A stretch of 64,000 nucleotides of DNA from the human T2T-CHM13v2.0 reference genome, Homo sapiens. This document shows, piece by piece, positions 1-13,240 of the stretch (positions are counted from its first letter, which is position 1; each line of letters starts with the position of its first letter). Location: NCBI GenBank assembly GCA_009914755.4, contig CP068257.2, positions 38,976,001 to 39,040,000 of the forward strand, written 5' to 3'. Below the pieces are notes generated by a model, which searched no databases, was not told where the DNA came from, and saw nothing but the letters and a program-made list of their open reading frames with translations. The translations under genes and the position numbers were made by a program.

Positions 1-2002
1 GACAAAATCTGGGTTATAACTCACATAATCACATATTTTTCCCAATACAATGCTAATCCACACACTGATTTTAGTGAGTATAGGTTAATTACAGCATCCA
101 TTCATGTTGGAAAATGTTTATTAAGTTTTATACAATTTTTTATCACATCAGTTAAAGAAAAAAATGGTGTGTACCCCGTAACTGGCTGCATTACCAAATA
201 AGTGGGAATGCATAGTCTTTATCACAAAATGTTGTTTATCATTTGATAAATCCTTCTCAAATTTTAAGAATGCCTTTCAATAAACATCATCTCTACTTAG
301 CATCTCTGTCATTGAAATTTTATGAAAAGTATAATCATTTAAATAGTAAGAGTAATTTTTTTCAGTGATGCTGCAGCACAAGTTTTAGCCCAAATAAAAT
401 ATATTGTAAAGTTCATTTTCTGATGTACAAGCCAGATATTCTTTTTTCAAGCACTTGCAAAGCCTTTGGGTGTGAGCTGGAGTTGAAAGTTAAACATCAA
501 TTTGCATTTGGTTTAGGAAATCCTTGTCACCTTTTCATGAAATTTCAGCTGTCTCAGTGGATTTGGCAAGATCAAAGCCCAGCACTCAGTCAGCCCCAGT
601 TTTAATCCCTGCCAACAGTCATCATTTGATTCTTGAGCACAAAGAGCTACTACTGGTGCACTGCTGCCCACAGTGCTATGACTTCATGCGGCCTTGTTTT
701 CACCTGCTTCCATTCAGCTGGGTGCATGGCTTCCAATATTGCAGAGATTTGCAAAATTGGTACAAGGAGAATCTAAACTGCAGATGCCTTCAGCTGCCAG
801 GCATGGACTTAAAGGCGTTCCTGATCCACATGACTCAGGATTACAGCCACAGACCTTGGCGGGCCCCTCAGCTGCTCTGAGAAGAGGCAGGATCTACCTG
901 ACTCCAAAGAACACTCACTTACAATTGCATCACCTACCCCTCTGATATTAGGTTGGCTCAAAATCATGGATTTTGGCATTAAAAGGTAATGGCAAACATC
1001 ACAATTACTTTTGCACCAACCTAATATATACTGTCATATATTCAGGAAAAAATTACTTTGTGAATGTCACATGGTTAATATCAACATTAGTCAGAACATC
1101 TAAAGGGGGAATACCCTTGTGATGAATCTTAAATACCGAGCAGGATGGCAAAAGTCTTTATAATAAACATGAACAAATGCAGTAAGTTTCAGCAAGTGGT
1201 GATGAGGAAAAACTGTGGTGAAATGGACATTTTTAGAGCAACAGACTCTCCTTGTTGAAAGCATGGAGGCTGTTTACTTTTGTTTTACTATAGATTCATA
1301 AAAAGTGATGGATAAAAATGGTTGTTTAGCAAAGTAATAAATAATGATAATCTAATACAAATATTTAGTATGGAATGCTCATGAAGATTCTAGTTTTTCA
1401 TTCTCCCATGACCTAGACGAAAGAAAAAAAGACAGGTTGTTGTTTTTCTTTTTTTCTGCATGTATTATTCAATTTGTAAAATTCTACATGTGGAAAAACA
1501 TTTAACAAGAAAACTGAATAAGAACAAAGGGAATTATGTTGACAGAGGAAGAAAAAGAAAAACTTTATTCTCATTGAAAAGAAAATGCAACCATTTATGT
1601 GAAGCAAAATGAATCACAATCAATGATCAGTATTCTGTAGCCATATTTTCAGGAGCTGGATTTTTCAACTGATTAATTAGGAACTCAAACTGTATGTGTA
1701 TGAAAAAAAGTAGACTGGGGCAAGTTATTTCCTGTGACAATCCCAGCCGTGCTACCATATCCCTCTCCACTTCTCTGTCTTGTTTTCCAAAGACCATGAA
1801 AATAACTATTATTCACAACGAAATTGCAATCAACAAGTCACTTTTTTCTCATGGGAATAATCAGTGAAGAAACAGCAACCCACCCTGCAACTCTCACCTC
1901 CAAAATACAATTTCTATGCTTTGGCAGCCAATACAGTACAATTAATGTTTAACTCCATGCTTTCTATCTAAACAAAATGAAATAATAAAAACTAATAAAT
2001 TA

Positions 2003-2342
<340 letters not shown>

Positions 2343-3596
2343 TTAAGATATAAGGTATCATAACTAAGGAAAGTGAGACTAGAAGCTTGGCATTTTTGAA
2401 ATCATCTTTGGCAATGTATATGACATCAAATGTACATGAATAGTGAAGAATGGAGTTTGCAATCTAGCATGTGCGGTCATTACAAAACCATCCTCACTGC
2501 TAAACTTCTGCACACAAACTATTTGAGAATATTAGATTTATTACACTGCTTTGTCCTCTGGTAGCTTATGTCTGGATAACATAGCCAAAAATTATGTACA
2601 AATGAACTGGCTCACTTTTTTTAATCTGTCACTCCAAGTTAACACTCTCCTCTCCTATCACTCAGCAGTTTCTTTTAAGATGTAAAAATAAATTTAAACC
2701 TAATAACTCCTCTTCCTGAGAACTGAATTGGTAGATATTGTGTCTTCAATCAATGGGAATTAGTAGGCAGTTTCCGTCATTTTGTAAGAAATTCCAAACA
2801 CTGAATATGAATCTCCAATGTAACTAAGAAATAGACCCAAAGTGCAACAGGATTTTTACCCACAGGGAAGACCAAGCCTAGGCTCAAAGGCCTAGATTCA
2901 TATCCCAGGTCTGCGACTTACATGGAAGTATGTAAATATAAAATATTAACATGATATGGACAATGGCACTTTGATAAATGCAAGATTCGAATATCCCCTA
3001 TTTAGTGCTCTATCATTAGGTCCACTTTCTTAACCCATGCTTGGGCCAGAGGGGCACATTAATGAGCCATGGAGCCCCTGCAGGGGTTCTGCCCCATGCA
3101 TTTACAGCTGGAATTAAATCCCATCTCCACCACTCTGCTCCCAGTGTGAACATGGGGAAAGTTGATTAAACTCTCTGACTTCAGATTCCTCGTGTAAAAT
3201 GTGGGGAAACAGCTCTGACTTAATGGTGTCACTGTGAGGAGTAAATGAGGTAGCATATTTAAAGGATTTTGTATAGTGCTGGTGACAGTAACCAGCCAAT
3301 AGATGATATAGCTAGTAATAGCAATAATAATGTCACTTACTATTACTTTAAAAAGTAAATCTCAAAGTCAAAAATACTAAGAAACTAACAAGAGACTATA
3401 CTTGGGTCTCCCTTTTGTAACTTTTGAACATTATCTCACTTCTGAAAGTCCTGTACCAATATTATCCTCCTCATTTCTCAGGTGAAGCAGCATCTTAGAG
3501 GGGTATTGCCCTGTCTAAACCATTTGGTTATCATGGTGAGGTCCAGGATTCTTCCCTTTCCTCATCTTTGCCTTAAAAACATGTATTCTAACCAAC

Positions 3597-3641
3597 TGCC
3601 TTAGTTCGTCCAGGCTGCTATAACAAAATGCCATGGCTTAT
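3597..3641 (-). mobile_element. Older MaLR LTR (MST/MLT1-like) fragment, left half, split by a THE1 insertion
   Basis: cttagttcgtccaggctgctataacaaaatgccatggctta matches the reverse-complemented MST-type LTR start (tgtcttagtttgggctgctataacaaaataccatagactgggtggctta). It continues at 4004-4065. Confidence 0.55.
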
Positions 3642-4003
3642 TGATATGGTTTGGCCGTGTCCCCACCCAAAATCTCATCTTGAATTGTAATCCCCATTAT
3701 CCCCATAATCCCCATGTGTCAAGGGAGAGACCAGGTGGAGATAATGGAATCATGGGGGCAGTTGCCCCATGCTGTTCTCGTGATAGTGAAGGAGTTCTCA
3801 CGAGATCAGATTTTTGTTAGGTGTTTGGTAGAACTTCCTGCATTCAATCTCCTTCCTGCCACCTTGTGAAGAAGGTGCCTTACTTCCCCTTTGCCTTCCA
3901 TCATGATTGTAAGTTTCCTGGGGCTTCCCTAGCCATGAAGAACTGTGAGTCAATTAAGACTTTTTCCTTTATTAATTACCCAGTCTGGAAACAGAATAAT
4001 ACA
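3642..4003 (+). mobile_element. THE1/MST-family MaLR solo LTR
   Basis: Begins tgatatggtttggccgtgtccccacccaaaatctcatcttgaattgtaatcccc, contains aatcatgggggcag and ends tgagtcaattaagactttttcctttattaattacccagtct...aataataca. It sits inside an older MaLR LTR with flanks ggctta / cttag. Confidence 0.9.
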
Positions 4004-4065
4004 CTTAGAAACAACATAAATATTTTTCCTCATAGTTCAGGAGGCTGGGAATTCCAAGATCAAAA
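4004..4065 (-). mobile_element. Older MaLR LTR (MST/MLT1-like) fragment, right half
   Basis: cttagaaacaacataaatatttttcctcatagttcaggaggctgggaattccaagatcaaaa matches ggcttaaacaacaaacatttatttctcacagttctggaggctgggaagtccaagatcaagg. Confidence 0.55.
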
Positions 4066-4699
4066 TTCCCTCATCACCATTGCCAATAAAGTACTGAGTA
4101 TCCACCTGTTACCTAAACACGCAATACTAGTTGTTATATAAAGCCATTTGTTAAAAGCCTCCTTACCATTCGATATAAGTAAAGAGGAAAATTGTATGTT
4201 AACTTGTTTTCTATCCCAGTATGACAGACATTTGAAACAGATAAAAGGAGTGTACTTGTGAGGGTATGTTATATTGTGTGGAATAGAAAGTGTCCACTAG
4301 GGTTAAATTTCTTGGAATAATTCTATTAAAAATGAGTTTGGAAAGAACAAAGTGAGGTAACAAGGTATAAATATACATAAACTCTAGGGTTGTTCCCAAG
4401 AAGTGGTCATAGTTATAATAGGGACAAACTGAATTCTAATTTAATATTTTTCACTTCAATCCCTTAACCATATGCCAAGTATACGTTGGCGATACAAATG
4501 GCCCAGGCTATTTGGAGAAAATGCATTCGATTTCTAATAGCTTACCAATAATATGTATTAGCTTGTTGGACCCATTTTACAAATGAAGGAATTATGTGTC
4601 ATAGAAACTACATTATCTGCCCAAGAATTAAAGAGCAAGAAAGGGACAGGGTCTTACTTTGACCTTAGCCAGGACTCTCCCCCATGGCCCAGCTGCCTT

Positions 4700-4813
4700 C
4701 TGGCATTCAGAATTGCTAAATGTGTCACATTTAAGAAGGTAGTCTACAACATCCTGCTGGCATTCAGAATTGCTAAATGTGTCACATTTAAGAAGGTGGT
4801 CTACAACATCCAG
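4700..4813. repeat. 57-bp tandem duplication, 2 copies with about 2 mismatches
   Basis: ctggcattcagaattgctaaatgtgtcacatttaagaaggt[a/g]gtctacaacatcc[t/a]g appears twice back to back. The ORF track shows the repeated peptide LLAFRIAKCVTFKKVVYNI. Confidence 0.9.
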
Positions 4814-5289
4814 GAAGGCAGTAATACCCCATTAAAGTTTTAGAGCTAAGTACAATTTTGTTTTCTTTTTCAATCTGACTTTTGCATATATAAAATGTTA
4901 AATTTTTCAGGTGAGAAATTACTCTGATAATGCAATTAGTCTGTAAGGAGTTTAGGTAGTTATCCTAAGGCAAGGTAACAGTAAGGATACTTCAAATACT
5001 TGAAATATCTGATAAACTATATTAACTCAATATCTATCAAATATCACATACTCATATGAGCTTGTATGTCTTATTTTTAATAAGTTAAAGAGACTCAAAT
5101 AGGAAGCAAAAGGTCAAGTTATTATTTGGTTTTGGACAATGGCTTCCTGCTCCAGTTGAAATAAAATGTAAAGACCTCGCTATCATTTTTAAGGTGTAGT
5201 GGTTTCACCCCTCCCTGTCTCTCCCACTTCACTGACCACTTCCTTAACTGTCCACTCCGAAACACCTCTTCTTCCTGTTCTTCCAATAC

Positions 5290-5645
5290 ACCAAACTCTT
5301 TCTTGCCTCTGTGTGCTTGCCCATGCTGTTCCTTCTGGCTTCTTCCTTCGCATTCAAGTCTTGACTTAGATGTCACTTGCCAAGGGAGACCTTGGAGAAC
5401 CCTTCCTGACCATCTCATCCATCACCCTCACCCCATGTCATCTCTACAGCATCACTCTGGGTTATTTTCTTCACTGCACTTGTATCACCATGGATTATAT
5501 GTTTATTGTCCTTCCCTCTCACAGAATATAAGCCCCATGAAGACACAGATCGAATTCTAACTTATTGCTGTCCCCAGCCCTTAAGAGTTCAGAAGAACTC
5601 ACAAGCACGCACATATTTGTTGAGCTAATGAATTGCAGATATTGT
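5290..5645 (+). mobile_element. L2 LINE 3'-end fragment
   Basis: The tail cacagaatataagccccatgaagacac...tgtccccagcccttaagagttcagaagaactcacaagcacgcacatatttgttgagctaatgaa resembles the L2 3' end (ctagaatgtaagctccatgagggcaggg...gcacatagtaggcgctcaataaatatttgttgaatgaatgaa). Confidence 0.55.
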
Positions 5646-5916
5646 ACCAGTGATTAAATGGAAACGAGGTTTTAAAAGATGCAAAACAAAATACATTTGA
5701 CTAAGTTAAATGTTTGAAGAGCCAAAATAGTTTCTGGATTAGAGTTCAAAATTAGTACTAAAAGTATTTTCTGCCCTAAACTGAAGTGTGGTACTGCCTT
5801 AGAAACCTGTTAACTTAAACTACACTATTTAAGAGTTAAAGCATATGTTTTATATATTGGAACTTCACAAAAAAGGATTTTTTAATTTTGTTTTATTAAG
5901 TCTGTGCTATTAATAA

Positions 5917-6354
<438 letters not shown>

Positions 6355-7820
6355 TGATGTTTCAATATTATAAAACTATTTAAAATTATCTGAAAGCATC
6401 ATGTATCATGGTCATGAGTTCCTCACTGTTATTTTACTATTCAGAGCTAGAATGCTCAGTCTGAGCCAGTTCAGCTTACTTTACACACAGGAAATGGAGG
6501 TTGAATTTCCAAGCGACCGAGTGATCCATTTCTGATGTTCATCAGTAAGTCAGACTTACATCTTAAATAGCTGCTAACATTTGCTACCTATCTACAGATG
6601 TTTTCCACTAAATCTCATGTTCCAAAATAGAAGGTTTTAATCGACTCCTATGAACACAGGTTAAATAGCATATTTTGTTGTTGTTGTTTTCGTTTATGCT
6701 TTTTCAGAAAGTTACTTAGGTCCATTCATTTATCCCCCTATATTTGAAACAAAATTCTCCTTTCTTACAAGCCCCTTTTCAGTTAATCTCAGGTGGCTAT
6801 CATACTTAAAATTGTGGAGAATTATTTTCATCCATAAGGCCTGTAGGAAGATGCCCCTACCTCAAAACTTATTGGGATAAAGTCAAAAAAGGGTCATCCT
6901 CTTAAAGGTAAAACAGGAAAATATTAATCAATCCTAGATTTGGAACAATAATACACTGTGCAATAGAGTCTGGACATGTGTGGCTGGTGGGTGGAGATTC
7001 TGCAAAGCCATGAGTCCCTGGAAGGTAACCAGCAGACTAATTTTACAGTGTGACATAGCTTATCACAATAGCGGACAGGAACCTGGGTTTAAAGAGGACT
7101 CACTTGGGCAGTAATCCTGGCCTGTCGTTTCAGGAATATGACCTTGGGCAAGATACTTGTATTCTTTGAATCTCACTCTTATCATCTGAAAAATAAAAAC
7201 ACTAACGACTGTCTCAAGACTGCTGTGAGTATTCAATAAAATAACAGCTGTCAGGCCATTAGTTAGCACAATATTTGGCACAGGGTAGGGGGTAATAAAG
7301 AGTAGCCATAGAGATAATGTTGGGATGATGGCCTAAAGAGGATGCTGGAGCACAGTTAGGTGTGAACAGAGGGTCGCATGCCATAATCATAATCAATAAC
7401 TTGTAGATAATCAATAACTTGTATGTAGATAAAAACTTGACTGTCTACAGTAAGAGATGTGGGCTCTCAACTGGGTCCAGCAAATGGAACAAATGATTGT
7501 GTTTTTGGTGTTACTCAGGGGAGGGGAGGCTGATGCCAAGACAGTAACCTCAGTCTTTGTAGAGGGAACCCCATATGCTAAAGAGATATCGCTTGAGAAT
7601 GTTTCATGCTCTTGAGCCCAATTCTATGTGCTCCCTGATGGAAGGACAGGTAGGTATTGGGTGAGGTGAGCAACCAACACTTACTGGGTGCACCTTCAAA
7701 TAGGACACCTTCTGAAGTCCCCCTAGCCCAGGCAGCACAGGGCAGGCCTTCTTTGGTGCCACCAAGTGCAATTGTGTTTCCTTCTTATTTTACCATCTGC
7801 TATGCATTTCTTTCCATATC

Positions 7821-8094
7821 CATGCCTATAATTCCATGAGTTTGGGAGGCTGAGGTAGGTGAATTGCTTGAGCCCAGGAGTTTGAGACTAGCCTAGGCAA
7901 CATGGTGAAACCCTGTCTCTCCAAAAAATACAAAAATTAGCCAGGCATGGTGGTGCACACCTGCAGTCCCAGCTACTCAGGAGGCTGAGGTGGGAGGATC
8001 ACTTGCGCCCAGGAGATCAAGGCTGCAGTGAGCCCTGATCACACCACTGCACTCCAGCCTGGGTGACAAAGTGAGATCCTGTCTCAAAAAAAAA
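7821..8094 (+). mobile_element. Alu SINE, slightly 5'-truncated
   Basis: catgcctataattccatgagtttgggaggctgagg...gcctgggtgacaaagtgagatcctgtctcaaaaaaaaa. Its tail runs into a GA-rich tract. Confidence 0.9.
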
Positions 8095-8168
8095 GAAAAG
8101 AAAAGAGGAAGGAAGGAAGGAAAAGAGAAGGGAAGGGAGAGAAGAGAAAAAAGAAAAGAAAAGAGAAA
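8095..8168. repeat. GA-rich simple repeat grown from the Alu tail
   Basis: gaaaagaaaagaggaaggaaggaaggaaaagagaagggaagggagagaagagaaaaaagaaaagaaaagagaaa. Confidence 0.9.
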
Positions 8169-10206
8169 TTGCTAGGGAAAGGCACATACTGGGTTTCCAA
8201 GAGCCATCTCTATTCGAAGGTGTGCAAAAGACTCCCAGTGCTTAAAGGCCCAGCCAAGCTCTGCCCTGAAGGCCAGGGTGCTGTTTGCCTCAGGAACGGG
8301 AACACAACCTTTGTAGCTGAAAGTCAGCTCTTCTGAACCTCCTCACATAAAACACTTATCAACAGAAAAGATGAGGCACAACCTAACCACATACTCTGGT
8401 TCCAATTTATAAGAGGATCAGATCCAAATATAGTTTATTACATTGAAAGGGATGTTCTGATGAGAATCCATTTTTAAAAGAAAGGAAAATAGCAAAGAAG
8501 CAAGCAAGTTGTAGCATTACTACAGTCTTTGGATCCAAACATCGCGAATGAGAAATGCTTTAGGCAAAGTAAAAGTTTTGACCTGAATGAGACGAAGTAT
8601 CCTGGTACCTAAAGTCATCCCTGTTGGTAATGGGATCCACAGGCGGCAAACTGTGGCCTCTGTGCTCTGTGTGAGTGCATGTGCGTGTCTGGACTGATTC
8701 TTAGGCCCTGCTGGCCTGTGGTTTTCCTTTGCGCAAGAACTAGCACAAGGCAGAGCACTAGGACCAGCCTGTTTTCTCTGCAGTGGTTTGCTGAGCCCAT
8801 GCTCTGGGGGTAAGCCTTAAAATGGCACATGAGCTTGTAGCAAGAAGGACCCTAATATCGTCACATCAACACGGCTGACTCACTTGTCCCCTAATAATAG
8901 ACAGGTACTACCTAGAAAAGTAGATGTTTTAGAAAAACACTAAAGATATTTTTATATCTGCAGGATCGGTACCACTCTCCAGCTTTCTGATACTTGCTTT
9001 CAAATATAAGAGTGCTTCCCCTACATGACACCTTTTTAAGGAAGGACTAATTTTAAAGCATATTAGAGCCCATATTCTGATATTCATTGACGGGTGGGAG
9101 TTGATGAGCGTAAGGTGACTCAGAGGCCCTCAATGGCCATTTTTGTCAAAGAGCTTATTGAATTTTGTGGGTATTATTCAGTTAGCTAAAAGAAAAAACA
9201 TCTTATCTACTCAGAGTTCCACAGCACAAAGAACCAAAAGTTCTTTCTTAATTGGAGAGGTTGGAAAGTATAATTATGCCGTATGCTTGGCAGGTAAATA
9301 TCTTAAAAACAAGAACAACAGAACACAGAATTGTGGTAATTTCTTGCAACAAGAAAATGTCTTGAAGATGACCTACCTCCTGCACCCCTGACCATACTGG
9401 GTGATACGAAATGTGCACATTAAGAAAAACTAGTGAACTCTATTTAGATAATTTTAAGGGAAACATAGAATGATTTTTATGTGATCTACGACCTGACCAC
9501 ATTACAGTTTTATAGCTGAAAATCACTCTTGGGGAAAAATAAAATAGCTCCCAGTTTCCTCATTTTACAAATATTTCATATATATATATATGCTCATGTT
9601 CCTCAGTATTCCAGAATTCATCAAAAGATAATAGGTAAGGCAGCATGATGTTATATTAAAAATAAAATAAACAGCATCATCTTCTACACTTGTCTTTTCC
9701 CTTAAAATGAAAAAATGAAAGTTTATAAACTCATTTGTAATTAAGATTATAGCTGTTTACAAATATTTTTGCTAGTTAATTTTACCAACCCAATTAATTT
9801 ATCACATTTTCAGAAACCCAAATCTAATAAAACACACTCTCAATAAATAGTAAGCACTCACAACATAATGCATATATTTAGCCGTTATTTCTAAGCCAGG
9901 TTGGCTATTACTAGCTTCAACTAATTTTTGCCTGACTGGAGGGCACTGCTACACCCTGAGAGCAATATTCACAGGGTAAAGAAAAATAATCTACTTTTCC
10001 TACATGACCTTGTGTATTTCATATTTATGTTTTATTTCTTGGGAAAATATCTTCTTCAAACGAAATGTCTCCTTTGTTGGTTTAATGACAGAAATGGGGT
10101 ACTAAGTATTTCACAGAGTTTTAGGATAAAAAGGTTCATGGTTCTAAATCAAAGTTTGCAAGCCGGTTTTTTTTTTTTTTTTAACCTATCTTTTTTACAG
10201 TAATAG

Positions 10207-10519
<313 letters not shown>

Positions 10520-11205
10520 TATTTCTTAGAACAGTTACAGATGTATAGAAAAATTGAGGCGATAGTAGAGAGAGCTCCCATGCACTGTCCCCTGCCACTC
10601 CCCTATACTCAACTTCCTATATTATGAACATCTTGCAACAGTGTGAGGAATTTGCTGTTAACTAAAGGCCGCGATTTACATTAAGCTGTACTCTGTGTGT
10701 TGTACGTTCTGTGCCTTCTGACAAATGTATAATGTCATGTATTCACCATGCTAGTGCCATGCAGAATAGTTTTACTGCCTCACAAATCCCTGGGGTTTGT
10801 CCTGTTCATCTTTCCCCACCTGCCACCTTCACATCCCTGGCAGTCACTGACATTTTTATTGTCTCAGCATTTGCCTTTTCCAGAATGTCATATGGTTGGA
10901 TCCACATACGATGTGGCTTTTTCAGACTTGCTTTCCTTGTGTGGCTGTATGCATTTAAGGTGCTTCCTGATCTTTTTGTAGCTTGATGGATCATTCTTCT
11001 CATCACTGAGTAAAAGTCCACAGTTCACTCACTCAGTTGCTGAAGAACACTTCGGTTGATTTTAGTTCGGTTGCCTTTAGTAAACATTCATGTGCAGATT
11101 TTTACGGGGAAATAAGTTTTCAAATTATTTGCATGAATGCCAAGAAGCGTGATTGCTGGATCCTATGGTAAGACTATGTTTAGTTTGTAAGAAACTGCCA
11201 AACTG

Positions 11206-11509
11206 TTTTTTTTTTTTTTTTTTTTTTTTGAGATGGAGTCTCACTCTGTCACCCAGGCTACAGTGCAGTGGCACGATCTTGGCTCACTGAAACCTCCGCC
11301 TCCTGGGTTCAAGTGATTCTCCTGCCTCAGCCTCCCAAGTAGCTGGGATTACAGGTGCACGCCATGACACCCGGCTAATTTTTGTATTTTTAGTAGAGAC
11401 AGGTTGTCATCATGTTGGCCAGGATGGACTTGATCTCTTGACCTTGTGATCTGCCCACCTCGGCCTCCCAAAGTGCTGGGATTACAGGCGTGAGCCACCG
11501 CGACTGGCC
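11206..11509 (-). mobile_element. Alu SINE, full length, nested in the ancient L1
   Basis: Poly-T then gagatggagtctcactctgtcacccaggctacagtgcagtggc...gtgagccaccgcgactggcc. A 9-bp TSD ccaaactgt lies at 11198-11206 and 11510-11518 and restores the L1 consensus gaaactgccaaactgtctt. Confidence 0.95.
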
Positions 11510-11907
11510 CAAACTGTCTTTTAAAGTGACTCTGCCGTCTCTGTTACTCCACATCTCATCAGCATTTGATATTGTAAGTTTTTTGAATTTTAGCCAGTTT
11601 AGTAGCTATAGAGTAGTATCTCGTTATTGTTTTAATTTAAAATTATTTAACGACATATAATGCTGATCATCTTTTCATATCTTTATCTTCCACTTCTGTG
11701 TCTTCTTAGGTGAGGTGATCTTCCAGATCTTTTGTTCTTTTTTAACATTGGATCATTTGTTTTCACATTGTTGAGCTTTAAGGCTGCTTTATATATTTGG
11801 ATACAAGTCTTTTTCCAATATGTGTTTCACAAAGATTTTCTCTCCATCTTTGGCTTGTCTTTTAACGTTCTCAATTGTTCAATTGTGTCTTTTGCTGAGC
11901 AGAAGGC

Positions 11908-12148
11908 TTTTTTTTATTATTATTATTTTACTTTAAGTTCTGGGATACAAGTGCAGAACATGCAGGTTTGTTACATAGGTGTACATGTACCATGGTGGTT
12001 TGCTGTACCTATCAACCTGTCATCTAGGTTTTAAGCCCCACATGCATTAGCTATTTATCCTAATGCTCTCCCTCCCTTGGCCCCCAACCCCCTGGCTGGC
12101 CTCAGTATGTGTTGTTCTCCTCCCTGTGTCCATGTGTTATCATTGTTC
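11908..12148 (-). mobile_element. L1PA-like 3'UTR fragment, antisense, with poly-T at the left end
   Basis: tttttttattattattattttactttaagttctgggatacaagtgcagaacatgcaggtttgttacataggtgtacatgtaccatggtggtttgctgtacc...tccctgtgtccatgtgttatcattgttc is the reverse complement of the primate L1 3'UTR and polyA end. Confidence 0.85.
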
Positions 12149-12860
12149 TGGGACACAGCTAAAGCAGTGTTAAGAGGGAAATTTATAGCACTAAATGCCC
12201 ACATCAGAAAGCCAGAAAGATCTCAAATCGACACCCTAACATCACAATTAAAAGAGCTAGAGAAGCAAGAGCAAACAAATCCAAAAGCTAGCAGAAAACA
12301 ATAAATAACTAAGATCAGAGTAGAACTGAAGGAGATAGAGACACAAAAAATCCTTCAAAAAAATCAATGAATCCAGGAGCTGGTTTTTTGAAAATGTTAA
12401 CAAAATAGATAGATTGCTAGATAGACTAGTAAAGAAGAAAAGAGAGAAGAATAGACACAATAAAACACGATAAAGGGGATATCACCACTGACCCCACAGA
12501 AATACAAACTACCATCAGAGAATACTATAAACACCTCTATGCAAATAAACTAGAAAATCTAGAAGAAATGGATAAATTCCTGGACACATACACCCTCCCA
12601 AGATGAAACCAGGAAGAAGTCAAATCTCTGGATAGACCAATAACAAGTTCTGAAATTGAGGCAGTCATTAATAGCCTACCAACCAAAAAAAGCCCAGAAT
12701 CAGATGGATTCACAGCTGAATTCTACAGAGTTACAAAGAGGAGCTGGTACCATCCTTCTGAAACTATTTCAAATAATTGAAAAGGAGGGACTCCTCCCTA
12801 ACTCATTTTATGAGGCCATCATCTCCTGATACCAAAACCTGGCAGAGATACAACAATAAA
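12149..12860 (+). mobile_element. L1PA-like ORF2 fragment (EN/RT junction region), sense, without its own 3' end
   Basis: gggacacagctaaagcagtgttaagagggaaatttatagcactaaatgcccacatcagaaag...ggagctggtaccatccttctgaaactatttcaaataattgaaaaggagggactcctccctaactcattttatgaggcc. ORF 12077..12304 translates to [51 protein letters not shown], which matches L1 ORF2p. Confidence 0.9.
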
Positions 12861-12896
12861 AAGAGCAGAAGTTTTTAAATTGAAGGAAGTCAAACT

Positions 12897-13240
12897 ATCT
12901 TAGCTAGCTTGGGTTGCTATAAGAAAATACCATCAACTGGGTAATTTATGAACAACTGACATTTCTCACAGTGCTGGAGACTGGATAGTCCAAGATCAGG
13001 GCACCAGCAGATTTGCTGTCTTGTGTGGAGCTGCTTTCTGGTTCATAGATGGTGATTCTTGCTACGTCCTCACATGGTGGAAGAGACAAGGCAGCTCTCT
13101 GGGGTCTTTATTATATGGGCACTAATCTCATTCACGAGGGCAGAGACCTCATGATTTAATCACCTCTCAAAGGCCCCACCTCCTAAGACTATCACAACAT
13201 ATGAATTTTGGGGAGACACATACATCCAGACCATAGCACC
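12897..13240 (-). mobile_element. MaLR solo LTR (MST/MLT1-like)
   Basis: The reverse-complement LTR begins tcttagctagcttgggttgctataagaaaataccatcaactgggtaatttatgaacaactgacatttctcacagtgctggagactggatagtccaagatcagggcaccagcagatt. It continues with ctcacatggtggaagagacaaggcagctctctggggtctttattatatgggcactaatctcattcacgagggc...ccatagca. Confidence 0.75.

Noticed and set aside
12077-12304. ORF with clear similarity to L1 ORF2p ([37 protein letters not shown]).
   Set aside because: It is genuine homology, but it is a truncated L1 fragment, not a host gene.
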